DNA of 64,000 nt from Paramecium tetraurelia (Eukaryota): positions 62,001 to 126,000 of the forward strand of contig CT868049.1 in the NCBI GenBank assembly GCA_000165425.1, written 5' to 3'. Position 1 is the first letter of the stretch; the number at the start of each line of letters is the position of its first letter. The position numbers and the translations under genes are program-made. This document shows, piece after piece, positions 39,469-50,281 of this stretch. The notes under the pieces were generated by a model, which was not told the origin of the DNA, did no database searches, and was given only the letters and a program-made list of their open reading frames with translations.

Positions 39469-41520
39469 ATGGAAAAGGATTTTATGAATTAGATTAAAAA
39501 CTTATAATAGAATATCAATATACAAGAGGCTATTTCAACTATTACAGAATTTACCATAATCGGAGACAAAAATAATTAGGACCTATTTGAGTATGAATTT
39601 CAAGATTTGTTAGCTTGTTCATTGAAGAGAAAGTAATTGATGATTTCCTTAGGATTCTAAAAAAAACAACCGAAGCAGATATTATAATCAAAATATTGTC
39701 ATCTGTTTCCATGTTATTGTAACTAAAATCAATTTAATATGGTATAGTACTAATATCAATAATAACCTAATTGTTCTCCTTTCCTTACCCTAATTAAACG
39801 AATTCATCATATTCGATTATAATTTGAAAAAGGAAGAGATCCCAGATTACTACATCAATTTTATTAAAATTATCTCAAATAAGCTAAATGCTGGTAATAT
39901 TTAATTATTCTTCAACTCTGTAAGCATATATCATTTAACACTTATAGAAATATTGCTAGTTCCCATTATTGCTTTACTCATAAAACTTCTACAATTCACC
40001 AGATAACTTAACACGAATATATACAAGACATTTGCTATTACACATTTTGTAAATTACTTAGGAATCAAAACTAAGTCCAATCCTAGTAAAGTACTTGCAA
40101 TCTTATCCCTTTTTATAAGTTCTGGCAAATCATATGCAATTCATGAGGGAATTGTTTGCAAAAACCAAAGAAAAACATGATAATTTTGAAGAAGAACTTG
40201 GTCTTATGGATCATTTCTTTAAAGATCTCTCTCAAATAGTTCCTCAATTGAAATAAGTAACAGCATCCTTATTTTAAGATTTTAGATAATCTAATAATGC
40301 AGATCATAATTTTACCGTAATATAAGGAAATAACAAACATAAAAGATGATTAGAAAACTTAATGTTTTAACACCATCTTGCACTTTTTATAAAATGATAT
40401 TTATGTTAGTGAAAGATTGTAAGTTGGAATATTTTCATTGATTTTTTTGCACGAAATACCAGAATTTCAAATATTTGAAATAGAATTAAATTATTTACCA
40501 GTTTAGGATCCTGAAATAAGAGAAATTTGCCTAAATTTCTTTAAAAATTCCTCAAACATCTAAGAATCACGCTTTATGGTATTGGAAAAATTAAATTATA
40601 CTTTATCCTTAATTCCATATTTATCAAGTTATTATTCAAAGAGTAATCCAAAATACTTATTATTTGAAGAATTATTGAAAAATGATGTTGTTTCTATTTT
40701 ATTAATGTCTAACAATCTTTAATATTATAAATAGTAGGTGTATAATTTATATAACATTTATACTTTTTTGGATTGTTTGAATGAAGGTCATTATTTATAG
40801 GTTTTGGATATTATGCTTGTTTTGATAATGAACAAACATATCTTTTAGATGACTTCACTCCAAAAAGTGAGTTTTCTTATTAATTTAATTAACATTATGA
40901 TAAATGAATCAGAGAACAAAATAAATACGATTGAAAATTGCAAGAAAAGTATTTAAATTGTAAAGGAACTAATTTCAAATTATGAGAAGAGATTTATGAT
41001 TGCATTTATGAGATGCAATGTTTTAAAAAAAATAGAAATTCACTTTATCAATTCAGAATCCCTTTATTATAAATATTTTTTTAAGATTTAATAATGCGTA
41101 GAAGATGAGAATATAGAAGTATTTAAAAAAAAACCAGAAACACATTAAATAATCAGATTTTTTATGTTTTTAAATGTGATTTTAGAATAGGGGTGGCTAG
41201 CAAATCCATTTAAGAAGATTAATTATAATTTAACCTTTGAACCGAAGTCATTTAAAAATGGATAGATTAAACTAATTAATTGTTAAGCTATAATAGAAAA
41301 TAACACTTATGAATTAGAAGAATTAGAAGTAATGTATGATTAAGAGCAGAAAAAGGTGATAATTGTAAATTTAATTAATGAAAATGAAAATTACAAGGTT
41401 GAATTCGAGGAAGCAGTTGAATAGGAAGAATTTTTAGTAGAATTCTAGATGAGGCAAAAGTATTAAGAATAACACTTTGTTCCAGAAACTCTACGACAAT
41501 TGAATAAATTATACTTATGA
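39469..41520 (+). CDS. CLEC16A/TT9 (FPL-domain) protein; second intron has a non-AG acceptor
   Basis: ITEFTIIGDKN..LFIEEK..LNEFI..EEIPDYYINFIKIISNKLN..FPLL..FYNSPDNLTRI matches the FPL domain; frame open to 41520. Confidence 0.75.
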
Positions 41521-41564
41521 ATTTATATAATTTATTATTTTAAATAATAAAATAATTTTTAATT

Positions 41565-41631
41565 ATGATGATTTCAACAATATTAAGCTAATATGATCAT
41601 TTTATGATTATAGATATTGGAGCTGATCTGA
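41565..41631 (+). ncRNA. box C/D snoRNA guiding the SSU rRNA CAGCUCCAAUA region (snR77/SNORD65-type region)
   Basis: C ATGATGA, D' ATGA, C' ATGATTA, guide TATTGGAGCTG, D CTGA. Confidence 0.75.
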
Positions 41632-41653
41632 TATGGTATATTAAATTAAATAA

Positions 41654-41719
41654 ATGATGAATTTGATTATTTTAATTGCTGATGCAAAAAATGATTACAA
41701 ATTTATTGGAGTTGTTTGA
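41654..41719 (+). ncRNA. box C/D snoRNA, paralog-like of the preceding one (same SSU target region)
   Basis: C ATGATGA, D' CTGA, C' ATGATTA, guide TATTGGAGTTG, degenerate D TTGA. Confidence 0.6.
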
Positions 41720-41858
41720 TAATATTTAAAATACACAAACCCATATTTTAATTTAAACTATTATAGTAAATTATAAAGCATTAAATGTCTTTATATTTAC
41801 ATATTAAATTATCAAACATAGCTCTGTTTCTTAAGGATATTAATTATATATATATATA

Positions 41859-41944
41859 ATGATGAAACGATGACGAGTATGAAGGAATCGATAGACATCC
41901 ATCTATTATTCCTGCATCAATGATTATTTGAGGCATTTGTCTGA
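41859..41944 (+). ncRNA. box C/D snoRNA U15-like (snR13 + snR75 sites), LSU rRNA CCAAAUGCCUCGUCAUC
   Basis: C ATGATGA; guide GATGACGAG + D' ATGA; internal AGGAAT/ATTCCT stem; C' ATGATTA; guide TGAGGCATTTG + D CTGA. Confidence 0.85.
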
Positions 41945-41967
41945 ACAATATAGAAAAATATGAATTA

Positions 41968-42025
41968 ATGAAGATATAAATGCCGCCCCAGTCTTAACGA
42001 CTCTGATGATACGGCTCATGACAGA
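41968..42025 (+). ncRNA. box C/D snoRNA U31/snR67-like, LSU rRNA CUGGGGCGGCA
   Basis: C ATGAAGA; guide TGCCGCCCCAG + D' CTTA; C' CTGATGA; D CAGA (degenerate). Confidence 0.7.
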
Positions 42026-42048
42026 TTTATTATTATAGTTATATTAAA

Positions 42049-42110
42049 GTGATGTAAAAATATTTGCTACTCTTGAAATAGCATGATGAGACAACCACCA
42101 AGATCTCTGA
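42049..42110 (+). ncRNA. U24: U24 (SNORD24/snR24) box C/D snoRNA
   Basis: C GTGATGT; guides AATATTTGCTACT and ACCACCAAGATCT complementary to LSU AGAUCUUGGUGGUAGUAGCAAAUAUU; D' TTGA, C' ATGATGA, D CTGA. Confidence 0.9.
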
Positions 42111-42141
42111 TTCACAATAAAATTATATATATATATACAAA

Positions 42142-42197
42142 GTGATGATTTTGTAGTCCATGATTAATCATGATTTCAATCTTTCGCTCCTATCTGA
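42142..42197 (+). ncRNA. box C/D snoRNA U80/snR60-like, LSU rRNA UAGGGGCGAAAGA
   Basis: C GTGATGA; guide TCTTTCGCTCCTA (one G-U pair) + D CTGA. Confidence 0.8.
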
Positions 42198-42226
42198 TAC
42201 ACATAAATTAAAATTATATAAATATA

Positions 42227-42289
42227 ATGATGACTATTAAGTACTAGAGTCTATGACTTCAATATGAACTACAACCCTTGGCTGTCTGA
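42227..42289 (+). ncRNA. double-guide box C/D snoRNA (U52/snR78 site + U53 site) for LSU GACUCUAGU and CAGCCAAGGG
   Basis: C ATGATGA; guide ACTAGAGTC + D' ATGA; guide CCCTTGGCTG + D CTGA. Confidence 0.85.
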
Positions 42290-42315
42290 AATTAAAAAAC
42301 TATATATATATATAT

Positions 42316-42376
42316 ATGATGATAACTGACACCTCTTGATTGAGCCTATTGGCATTGATCGGAATTCACCGTCTGA
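42316..42376 (+). ncRNA. box C/D snoRNA U60/snR48-like, LSU rRNA GAGGUGUCAG region
   Basis: C ATGATGA; guide CTGACACCTC + D' TTGA; D CTGA; followed by a T-run. Confidence 0.75.
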
Positions 42377-42714
42377 ACTCTTTTTTGCAAAGTGTTTTAT
42401 TTAGATTGTTAAAAGCATGTAAGAACGATAGTAGGAGCAACTTACACTAAATTTGATTGATTCAAGAAAGGGGAGTATATAGATAATTGCTATAATATCG
42501 CTTTGAAAGATCTGATATTTATTATTAAATTTCATAAATCTTTATTTAATACAGAGCCGAACTCCAGTTATTTAAGTGCGCAGACATCGTTTTGAATAGT
42601 TTTAATATAAAATGTAAGTTGAAACAACATAAGACATAGATGAAATAAAATAATTTGATTAAAGTATTGAATCAAAATATAGACATTTGATCAGACAGAT
42701 TAGAATAATTGTGT

Positions 42715-42960
42715 TCAGAATGTGGAACAGCAGGTTTTTGCTGATTCCTCAGTTAACTAATTATATCGTTTCCAATTTTCAACAACATGTATATCTGCAA
42801 TCGTCTTTCCTTTTTAACATTCATCTCTAAAAACCACTCTGTGGACTTTCGTTTTCTTCAGTATTGGTATGTTAAATTTGTCTAATCTAATTTATACTTT
42901 GTTTGCTGCAGTGGGTTCTGAATTGTAAGTATCATCTTGATTATTTAGTTTAGATTACAT
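42715..42960 (-). CDS. 81-aa protein with RVxF motif and C-terminal CaaX-like motif
   Basis: Intronless MQSKLNN..IRLDKFNIPILKKTKVHRVVFRD..IHVVENWKRYN..KTCCSTF*. Confidence 0.75.
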
Positions 42961-42978
42961 TAAAAAATAAAATAAAAT

Positions 42979-43696
42979 ATGTATATTATAAACAATGTGC
43001 AAGAATAAATGATAAATAGTTATAGGAAGTGGTAGGGCTTTGTGACTGAGAAGCATTCATTGAAAAATCTATATGCGAAGGCCAAAGTGGATATCACTTA
43101 AATTGCAAAACAAATAATCTTCACCATTCTAATAGCATAAATTTAAATAGAAACCAATCAAAGTTGTCCCATTTGTTTGAACGAGGATATTGTTTCCTCT
43201 GGAGTACAATCTGAATAATGTAAACATACATTTTGCATTGCGTGCATCAATATCTATTGGCAACATAATCAAAAAAAATAGTTAAAATGCCCTTGCTGCA
43301 GAGCCAAAATTAGCACTTTCGCTAAATCAAAAAAATTATAAAATGAATTTTAATAAGAATGTGACTAATTTATATTGGAATACAGAATTCGATGCACAGT
43401 CTTAAAATATTATCTCATTTATGTAAATATTATCCAACATAACTTAGCCATTTTAGATTATCGTTAATGTCTACAAACATTTAGGTTAACTATTTAATCT
43501 AAGTAAAATTTTACTAAAATTGTCAATTTAATTGCAACTTGTACTATGTTTTATTTTGTGCATTTATGTGTTGTCGCCTATTGACTTATTCCCAGAAGCA
43601 ATATTTGGAGTGCTAGGATTGGTAGATGATCTCTTGTGCATAATATTTATAGTTTGGATAATAATTACTCAAATTATGATTAGAATTTTTTTTTGA
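42979..43696 (+). CDS. RNF170-like RING E3 ligase (C3HC4 + DUF1232 membrane region)
   Basis: CPIC..CKHTFCIACI..KCPCCR and YVLSPIDLFPEAIFGVLGLVDDLL. Confidence 0.85.
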
Positions 43697-43727
43697 TTCA
43701 AATAAATATAATTATTGATATAAAATT

Positions 43728-45360
43728 ATGAGTTCCTCATTTCTCAATTGTAATAATATGCTTAGTAATTAATAGAATTTGAAGTCTTAAATTGGAATGG
43801 TCTTTTAAAATATATATATCCATTAGACATTAATGATTAATCAGTCTTTACAGATTGATTATTTTTTAACTAATAAAGTTTAAAGAGAATTCTAATTGAT
43901 TGCTAATGAAATTGGGATTATAATGAAATGATTTTCACTATTTCTAGTAATTATTTTTACTGTTAATTAATTATGAATTATCTAAACATTATTGAGTAAT
44001 CTCAAATAGATAAATTGAAAACTTACTTGAGAAAAAAGATTTTATTTATTTGAATTAATGAATAGGAGCAAATAGTTGAAGAATTAAAAGACAAATATTT
44101 TAATTGAAAAACCAATTATAATTGCAAGTTGAAAGAAACAACGTCATTCAAATTGCGAATCAAAAAGAACTAGCATAATTAAAATAGAAGTATGAATCTA
44201 ATCTTGGAATTGATAAATTTCCCTTAAGATAAGTTAAGGAACCTAATTAATTGAATGAAAGAGATCAATTATAAATTAAAAGTTACTAAAAGATAAAGAA
44301 TAATAGCCATTCAATAACACAAAAAGACCATACTATAAAAGAATTAAGATTTCAGAATGAATAATTACATAAAAGTAAATAATAAATTATTGAAACCTTG
44401 ACTCAAGAACTAGAAATAGAGAGAACTAACAGGAGAAAATTGCAGTAAGAAAATGATGATTTAGAATCAGCTTTGAGTAATATTATGGTGACGATGAAGA
44501 TGAATTACTCAACAAATGTAAAAAGTGATGGTAAAATCATTAAAGATTAAGAGTTTATCACCTCTAAATCGATTGAATGAATACATCGAATTATTTGAAG
44601 ACGAGAAGAATTAAAAGAAGAAGTTTATCTCAAAAATTAAATGATAAAACTGGAAATTACATATTATTACTTGATATTTCAATTAATTTTGTTTATTTTA
44701 CTTATTTGAATTCCTAAATCATAATTTAAACAAAATAATAAAAGTGGTATAGCGATAAAATATATGAAGATAGAATTAAGAAATCTATAAGAGTAGATTA
44801 AGGAAGAGAAAGGAATGTAATCTAAGTAGTAAATGAAGATTAAGGATTTATATACTGATATTGAAGAAATGAAACATGAACTAAATATTTTGAGACAATC
44901 AGATAAGGATTGAAGAAAGAGCCAAGGAGGTTGAAGTCTGAGAGAAAAAGAAATTGAAAGAGACATGAAGCGGATTAAGTTACAGAGAGAGTTATATCTA
45001 AAGAAACCATCTGAGGATTAATTTATGACAATAAGGAAATACAAGTAAGTTGATTGAGGAAATTACAAAATAATCGTTTTACTAACAAAACTGAAAGATT
45101 ATGAACAAAATAATGAAAATTCTATAACTAATAATTATAAGAATGTAATTGAAATAAACAAGGTTATTCGAATAAGGACTAATAAAGAAATTGGACGAAA
45201 AAATAAATATTTAAAGATTAATCTTATGAGGGATATTATGATTTGCCTCAGATGCAGATTATCTAGGCAATCCTTATCAAACTGAACTTCAAATGGATAG
45301 GATCTATTAAAGATTAAGAGAAGATGTTATCAAGTAAAAGAATAGTTTAGACCCTGTTGA
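43728..45360 (+). pseudogene. decayed coiled-coil protein gene
   Basis: Long E/K/Q heptad-like segments with several in-frame TGA (e.g. ~44578, ~44911) and frameshifts not rescued by GT-AG introns. Confidence 0.55.
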
Positions 45361-45493
45361 ACATAAATGTAATAAATTAAAATGACTTATATGATTTGTA
45401 TTTTATTCCATATCAGTAATCTTCAGAACTCTAATCAGAATTAATTATCTGTTGCGTATATAAAAGCAGAAGCTTCATTTGATATTAATTTTA

Positions 45494-46291
45494 ATGGATT
45501 CTAGATAATCAAAAGTAATAGAGAAGATTGAAAAAGCTGGCTTACTCGAGAAGCATAACCAGCTAATTACTTAAGGATACACTAATCCCTGGTTCAATTA
45601 TAAGCTCTTAAAAGAGCATGATGGAAATCTGGATTCAGTTATTGTTTTCTACAATGAACACAGAAAGAAAAAGGATGAATAGAATGCTAAGGCTTTGAAG
45701 ATATTGGAAACTATGGGTTGGTTAAACAAACATCAAGAACTAGTTGAAAAGGGGTTTGCTCAAGTGAAAAAAAATTTAAAAGCTTTGCTCAGAACTGAAG
45801 GAGATGTAGCCAAAAGCATTGAGAAATTAAGTAACAAGAAGGAAGTTTAGACTGATTAACCAATTGAATAAATTGTTGAGTAACATGGATTTAAAGTGTA
45901 ATATGAAAAATTGAAGGAGATGGGATATGACAATGATAAGAGAATTGTTAGATTGTTATTGAAATTCAATGGAAATTTGGAACCAATCATTGATAAGCTA
46001 TTGAGTGGAAGAGAAGGCAGACACCATCATTGTAAGAAGAGAGAAGGAAAATGTGAAAAGAAAGACAAAGACTCTTAAGAATTCTAGGAATTTAAATTGA
46101 AAAAGAAAGAATTCAAAAAGAAGCTTCAACAGCTGGAGTAGAGTGGAATTCATCGCCATAAGGCAGTGAAACTTTTGGCCATTTGGAATGGAGACGCTGA
46201 TGCTGTCATCAAATGGGCCAATTAAGTTAAACCACAAAACAAGGCTGAAACATAAACTTTGTAAGAACAATAAGTTCCTGCATAAGAATGA
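45494..46291 (+). CDS. protein of four tandem UBA-like domains
   Basis: LITQGYTNPWFNYKLLKEHDGNLDSVI; LVEKGFAQVKKNLKALLRTEGDVAKSIEKL; LKEMGYDNDKRIVRLLLKFNGNLEPIIDKLL; LEQSGIHRHKAVKLLAIWNGDADAVIKW; intronless. Confidence 0.8.
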
Positions 46292-46422
46292 GTTTGAAAA
46301 AACTCAAAAGTAAGGGAGGGAGGGTCGGATATATGATATATATATATATAAGAACATATAAATATTATACAATTATAAAAATATTTCTTAAAGGATCAAA
46401 TAGAAAATGATATGAATGTATT

Positions 46423-47945
46423 TCAGATGAAATCCTCCATCAAAGCTTTGTTTTGATCTACTAATTCACTTTTATCAAATTTAATTTGAGTCGAAGAATT
46501 AGAATGAGTTTCAATTTTGTGATATAACTAACTCTCATCTTGTTCTTTGGGTTTACTTTGGTTGAGTTTTAGTAAATCTGTTATTATTTATTGTTATTTT
46601 TGATTCAATTGTGATATGAGTTATTTATGATGATTGTTTAGAGGTTATCTTTTTAATATGCAATCATCTAATAAGTAGAGAATCTATTTAGTTTCATTTT
46701 GGTGATCCATTCTTTATTGAAACTACGAAAGAAATATATCTTCACTCTTTGAATAAGTTTACCTCTTGTCATTTAATCTGATTCTATCCTCTTTGCTTAA
46801 ATATTCTTTTAAAACCGACTGCTTGGTATTCTTGATGATCTAATTAGTGAAGTACTCGTCGTCTAACCCCTTTTGTTTGAAATCATTTAAATATTATGAT
46901 CCGAGGAGAGCAACAATTTTCTCTAATTCGAAGTAATCTCTAAATTTCAAAACATGATCATAAATAAAAATTAAACATTACACCTAAATAAATAGTGAAG
47001 TATACATTGACAAAATTGAAGAAAACATTGGATAGCATTTTTTCTGCATGTTTCTCCAAATATTTTCTATAATAAAGCAAATCAGTTGGTTCGATTAAAT
47101 AATTGGTTTTTCCGATTTCTTAAAGAAAATCAATTTCAGCATCCTCCATCTTTTCATTTTTATCGAGAAATCTTCCTAAAGAAATTTCCTCTCTGAAAAA
47201 ATTCAGGAAGTAGAAAACAAGGGGTTATGAATGAAAATACAATAGAAAATATACCATCTAAACTATGTTCTAAAATTGAATACTAATAATTTACCTGAGT
47301 GCAATGGATATTTGGATATGAATATAACAAACATTGTAATACAGATTGTATAAATATTGCTGGCATGTTTTCCATTAAATCTTTAGTCAAATAATAGTCG
47401 AATTCTTTCATAGAATAGTTATATTAACTGCGAACCTATTTTTATGGAATTATGAGAATACTTAATTTATAATAGCTGGTATAGATTTCAACTCTTCAGT
47501 AGCAGCAGCTGATAAGTTTTTTTTGCTTTAGCCTAATATTGTGTAGTATTATTCAGTGAGATCCTGTTCTCGAACACTAAATAGAAAGTAACACATACTT
47601 TTGAAGACAATGTTTGAGCCATTGTTTAGTGATAAGGGAATTCTTATTAAAAGATAACTATTCTTTAACAATTATATCTTAAATATTGAGTTATTCATCT
47701 CTACAAATCTAACAACATCTATGCTAGGTTTTTAGATCATAATCAACAATCTTAGTTTTATTATTAAAAAAATACAATGGCTTTAAATCTTCCACAGTCA
47801 CAACACACTGCTCGCTGACATCTCTTGCATTGATGTTATTAGAGTAATCTTATATATAAGAGGATGAATACAAGGAGAAATTCTTCTGGCAAATTTCGCA
47901 TTTTTGATGCTTGGGTCTTGGCAATGTTTTTTTGATAGTGGCCAT
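46423..47945 (-). CDS. hypothetical protein with degenerate Rab-GAP TBC-like region
   Basis: YLTKDLMEN..IQSVLQCLLYSYPNIHCTQ resembles TBC motifs; several short introns. Confidence 0.55.
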
Positions 47946-48011
47946 TTTAAATTTTAATAAAATTATATAAATGTATATATACAAGAAACATGATAATAAT
48001 GAGTTTCATAT

Positions 48012-49227
48012 TCAATATTCATAAAATTGAGGGATAGGTTCTTGATCATAAAAAGAATTCTTTCTACTTAAATTAGGTGATTCTGCTATTAGAAAGTTCT
48101 CATCTATTTTGTGAAATGAAAAGGGATCACTATATATCATGAGTTGATTGTCCTACTTCTTCTCTTCATTCTCTTTTTTTAAATCCAATTTCTTAGTTAT
48201 TGGATATTCCTCTTCAAAACTAACCTCCTCATCCTCATATTTAAAAGCATTCTTCTTCTCCTACTTCTAATTATTAGCCACTGCATTCATTAATATTTAG
48301 ATGATTTGAGTCTTAGACAATTATTCTATTTATTATTCGAAATTCGATTTGAGTATTTGTTATGGGAGTTAATCCAAAGCATTTTTTTCATTTTCAATGT
48401 ATTTTTGGTGTTAGAATTCATTCTACATTTCATCATCATTTTCACTTGCTTACTTAATCATCAACAGATTGTTATTTTAGATGTTTTTATGTTTTCCACT
48501 CTTATTGTTGTTCCCTTGTAATGATTATAGCACCCACTTCATTATTTATTCTTCAGAATTCTCATTTTTATGCCTCTTTATCAATGTAATATGTACTTAT
48601 TCTTCATCAGTTCTGTCCATAAATATTTATTTTCCTTCAAAATTTTCTCATTTTATTTAATAAGAATTTTCATTAATTTTTCAAGTTCTGACTATTTATT
48701 CTACATTCTGGACATTTGCTGAGATATCTATTAATAACTAAAATCTAGAACTTCTGGAATTTCCTAATTCCCATTTCTCACAATATCAGTTTTGATGAGA
48801 GTCAAGGAATTTTGTTCTTTCTAATCATTTGTCTTTCGTTTAATTTAGCTCAATAAATCTCTACGCATATTTATAATTCTAACTTCTTTCCTCTTTAAAA
48901 TAACTTATGTTTAAATTCATTTTCATTATTGTCGTGTCTTGTCTTGTGAAAGTCGTACATATTTAATTGTCGAACGAACGACGCAAAGTTGCTGTGTTTG
49001 AAAGATCTTGGTAGGATTACATCTGAAAACTCATTCACTTTTTTAACTATAAATGCATTTCCTTCCTCATTCCAACTAATCACATCTTAATTGCTGGGAT
49101 TCTATGAATTGCACATCAATTTTACATCTATTATCTCATATGTCTTTAATAAAAATGCAGGAATAGAATCCCCATTGTCCTTTTAAGACCTCGACCTCTT
49201 TTTCTTAACTATTTACTATTAATCCAT
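48012..49227 (-). CDS. heat-shock factor (HSF) family transcription factor
   Basis: [55 protein letters not shown], followed by coiled coil. Confidence 0.95.
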
Positions 49228-49408
49228 TAAATCAATTTACATAAACTTAATAATACTTATACAAACATAATTGCTCAATGCATTAAATTCTAATACGGAC
49301 TTACATAAGACATTCCCAAGTATTAAATAAACAATATATTTTTATGTGTGTTTACAATCACTTATAATATACTATTAATTTAAGGTAAATAACTATTAAT
49401 ATTTAATT

Positions 49409-49982
49409 ATGATAAAGCAAAATAAAGAAGGGGAACCAATTTTCATCCCGCCAACCAAAATTTTACAAGAGTTAAAGTATTTGCACAAAGAATTGCCAGC
49501 ATTTTGTTATTCTTGGGCTTGGGAAGCCAGATGTGTTTGTGCATTTGAAAAAGGAGAATTCATTGAAGCAATAAAAGAGTTGAAAGTAGTTTTTGTTTGA
49601 TAATCCAAGTAAATTGGTTGCTAAAAGAGATGTGAAGTGTATGCAAAAAAACCAATTCTCATTGGCAAAAGGTTATTTAATGTAAGATTAATTTCATATG
49701 GGGCATCATCTCCAAAAAAAATGTTTTTTGGACCAAACCATTTAGCTCATGCATTTGATAAGTTGATGTTTGATTATGTCTATATATTTTTGGAGACCCC
49801 TCAGAAAACAGCTAAAAAAATATAGTTACTTATATAAAAAGCAGAAAATGCATAAAATAATAGGTATTCCTTATTTAAATGTAAGACAAATTGCAAGTTT
49901 TAAGGAGAGTTACAAATTATTACTGGGAAAGGAATATGAAGTATAGAATATGGAGGAAGAATAGAGTGAAGAACAAGATTGA
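49409..49982 (+). CDS. hypothetical protein
   Basis: Two supplied ORF fragments joined by short GT-AG introns into one ~175-aa frame. Confidence 0.65.
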
Positions 49983-50281
49983 TGCATTATCATAATATTA
50001 ATTTTGTTTGTGATATGATATTGATTCAAATTTATATAAAATTTTTGTATCAGTTTTTTTTTTCACTCTTTCAATTTTATTTGCTATCTTTGATAAGAAT
50101 AATTGATTTAAAAATTAATCAAATACTCTTCTTAGACAAAATTTAAATATATGGATTACTATTTGTAATTAAATCTAAGATAGATTGAAAAGGCATTTTG
50201 ATATTAATTAAATTTAAGTTAGATTATTTACATGTCATAATTAAGATAATTGATTCATATAAAGGAACAATACATATCAAA

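Noticed and set aside
41565..42376. Regularly spaced ATGATGA...CTGA units as a CRISPR-like or tandem repeat array
   Set aside because: Eukaryotic context, no identical repeats, no cas genes; the units are explained as C/D snoRNAs
42400..42700. Further snoRNA (CTGA at ~42512) or small minus-strand gene
   Set aside because: No clear C box or rRNA guide and no reliable ORF
46314..46352. (GGGA)n plus (TA)n tract downstream of the UBA gene
   Set aside because: Short simple repeats in a 3' UTR; too few G-runs for a G-quadruplex and not telomeric
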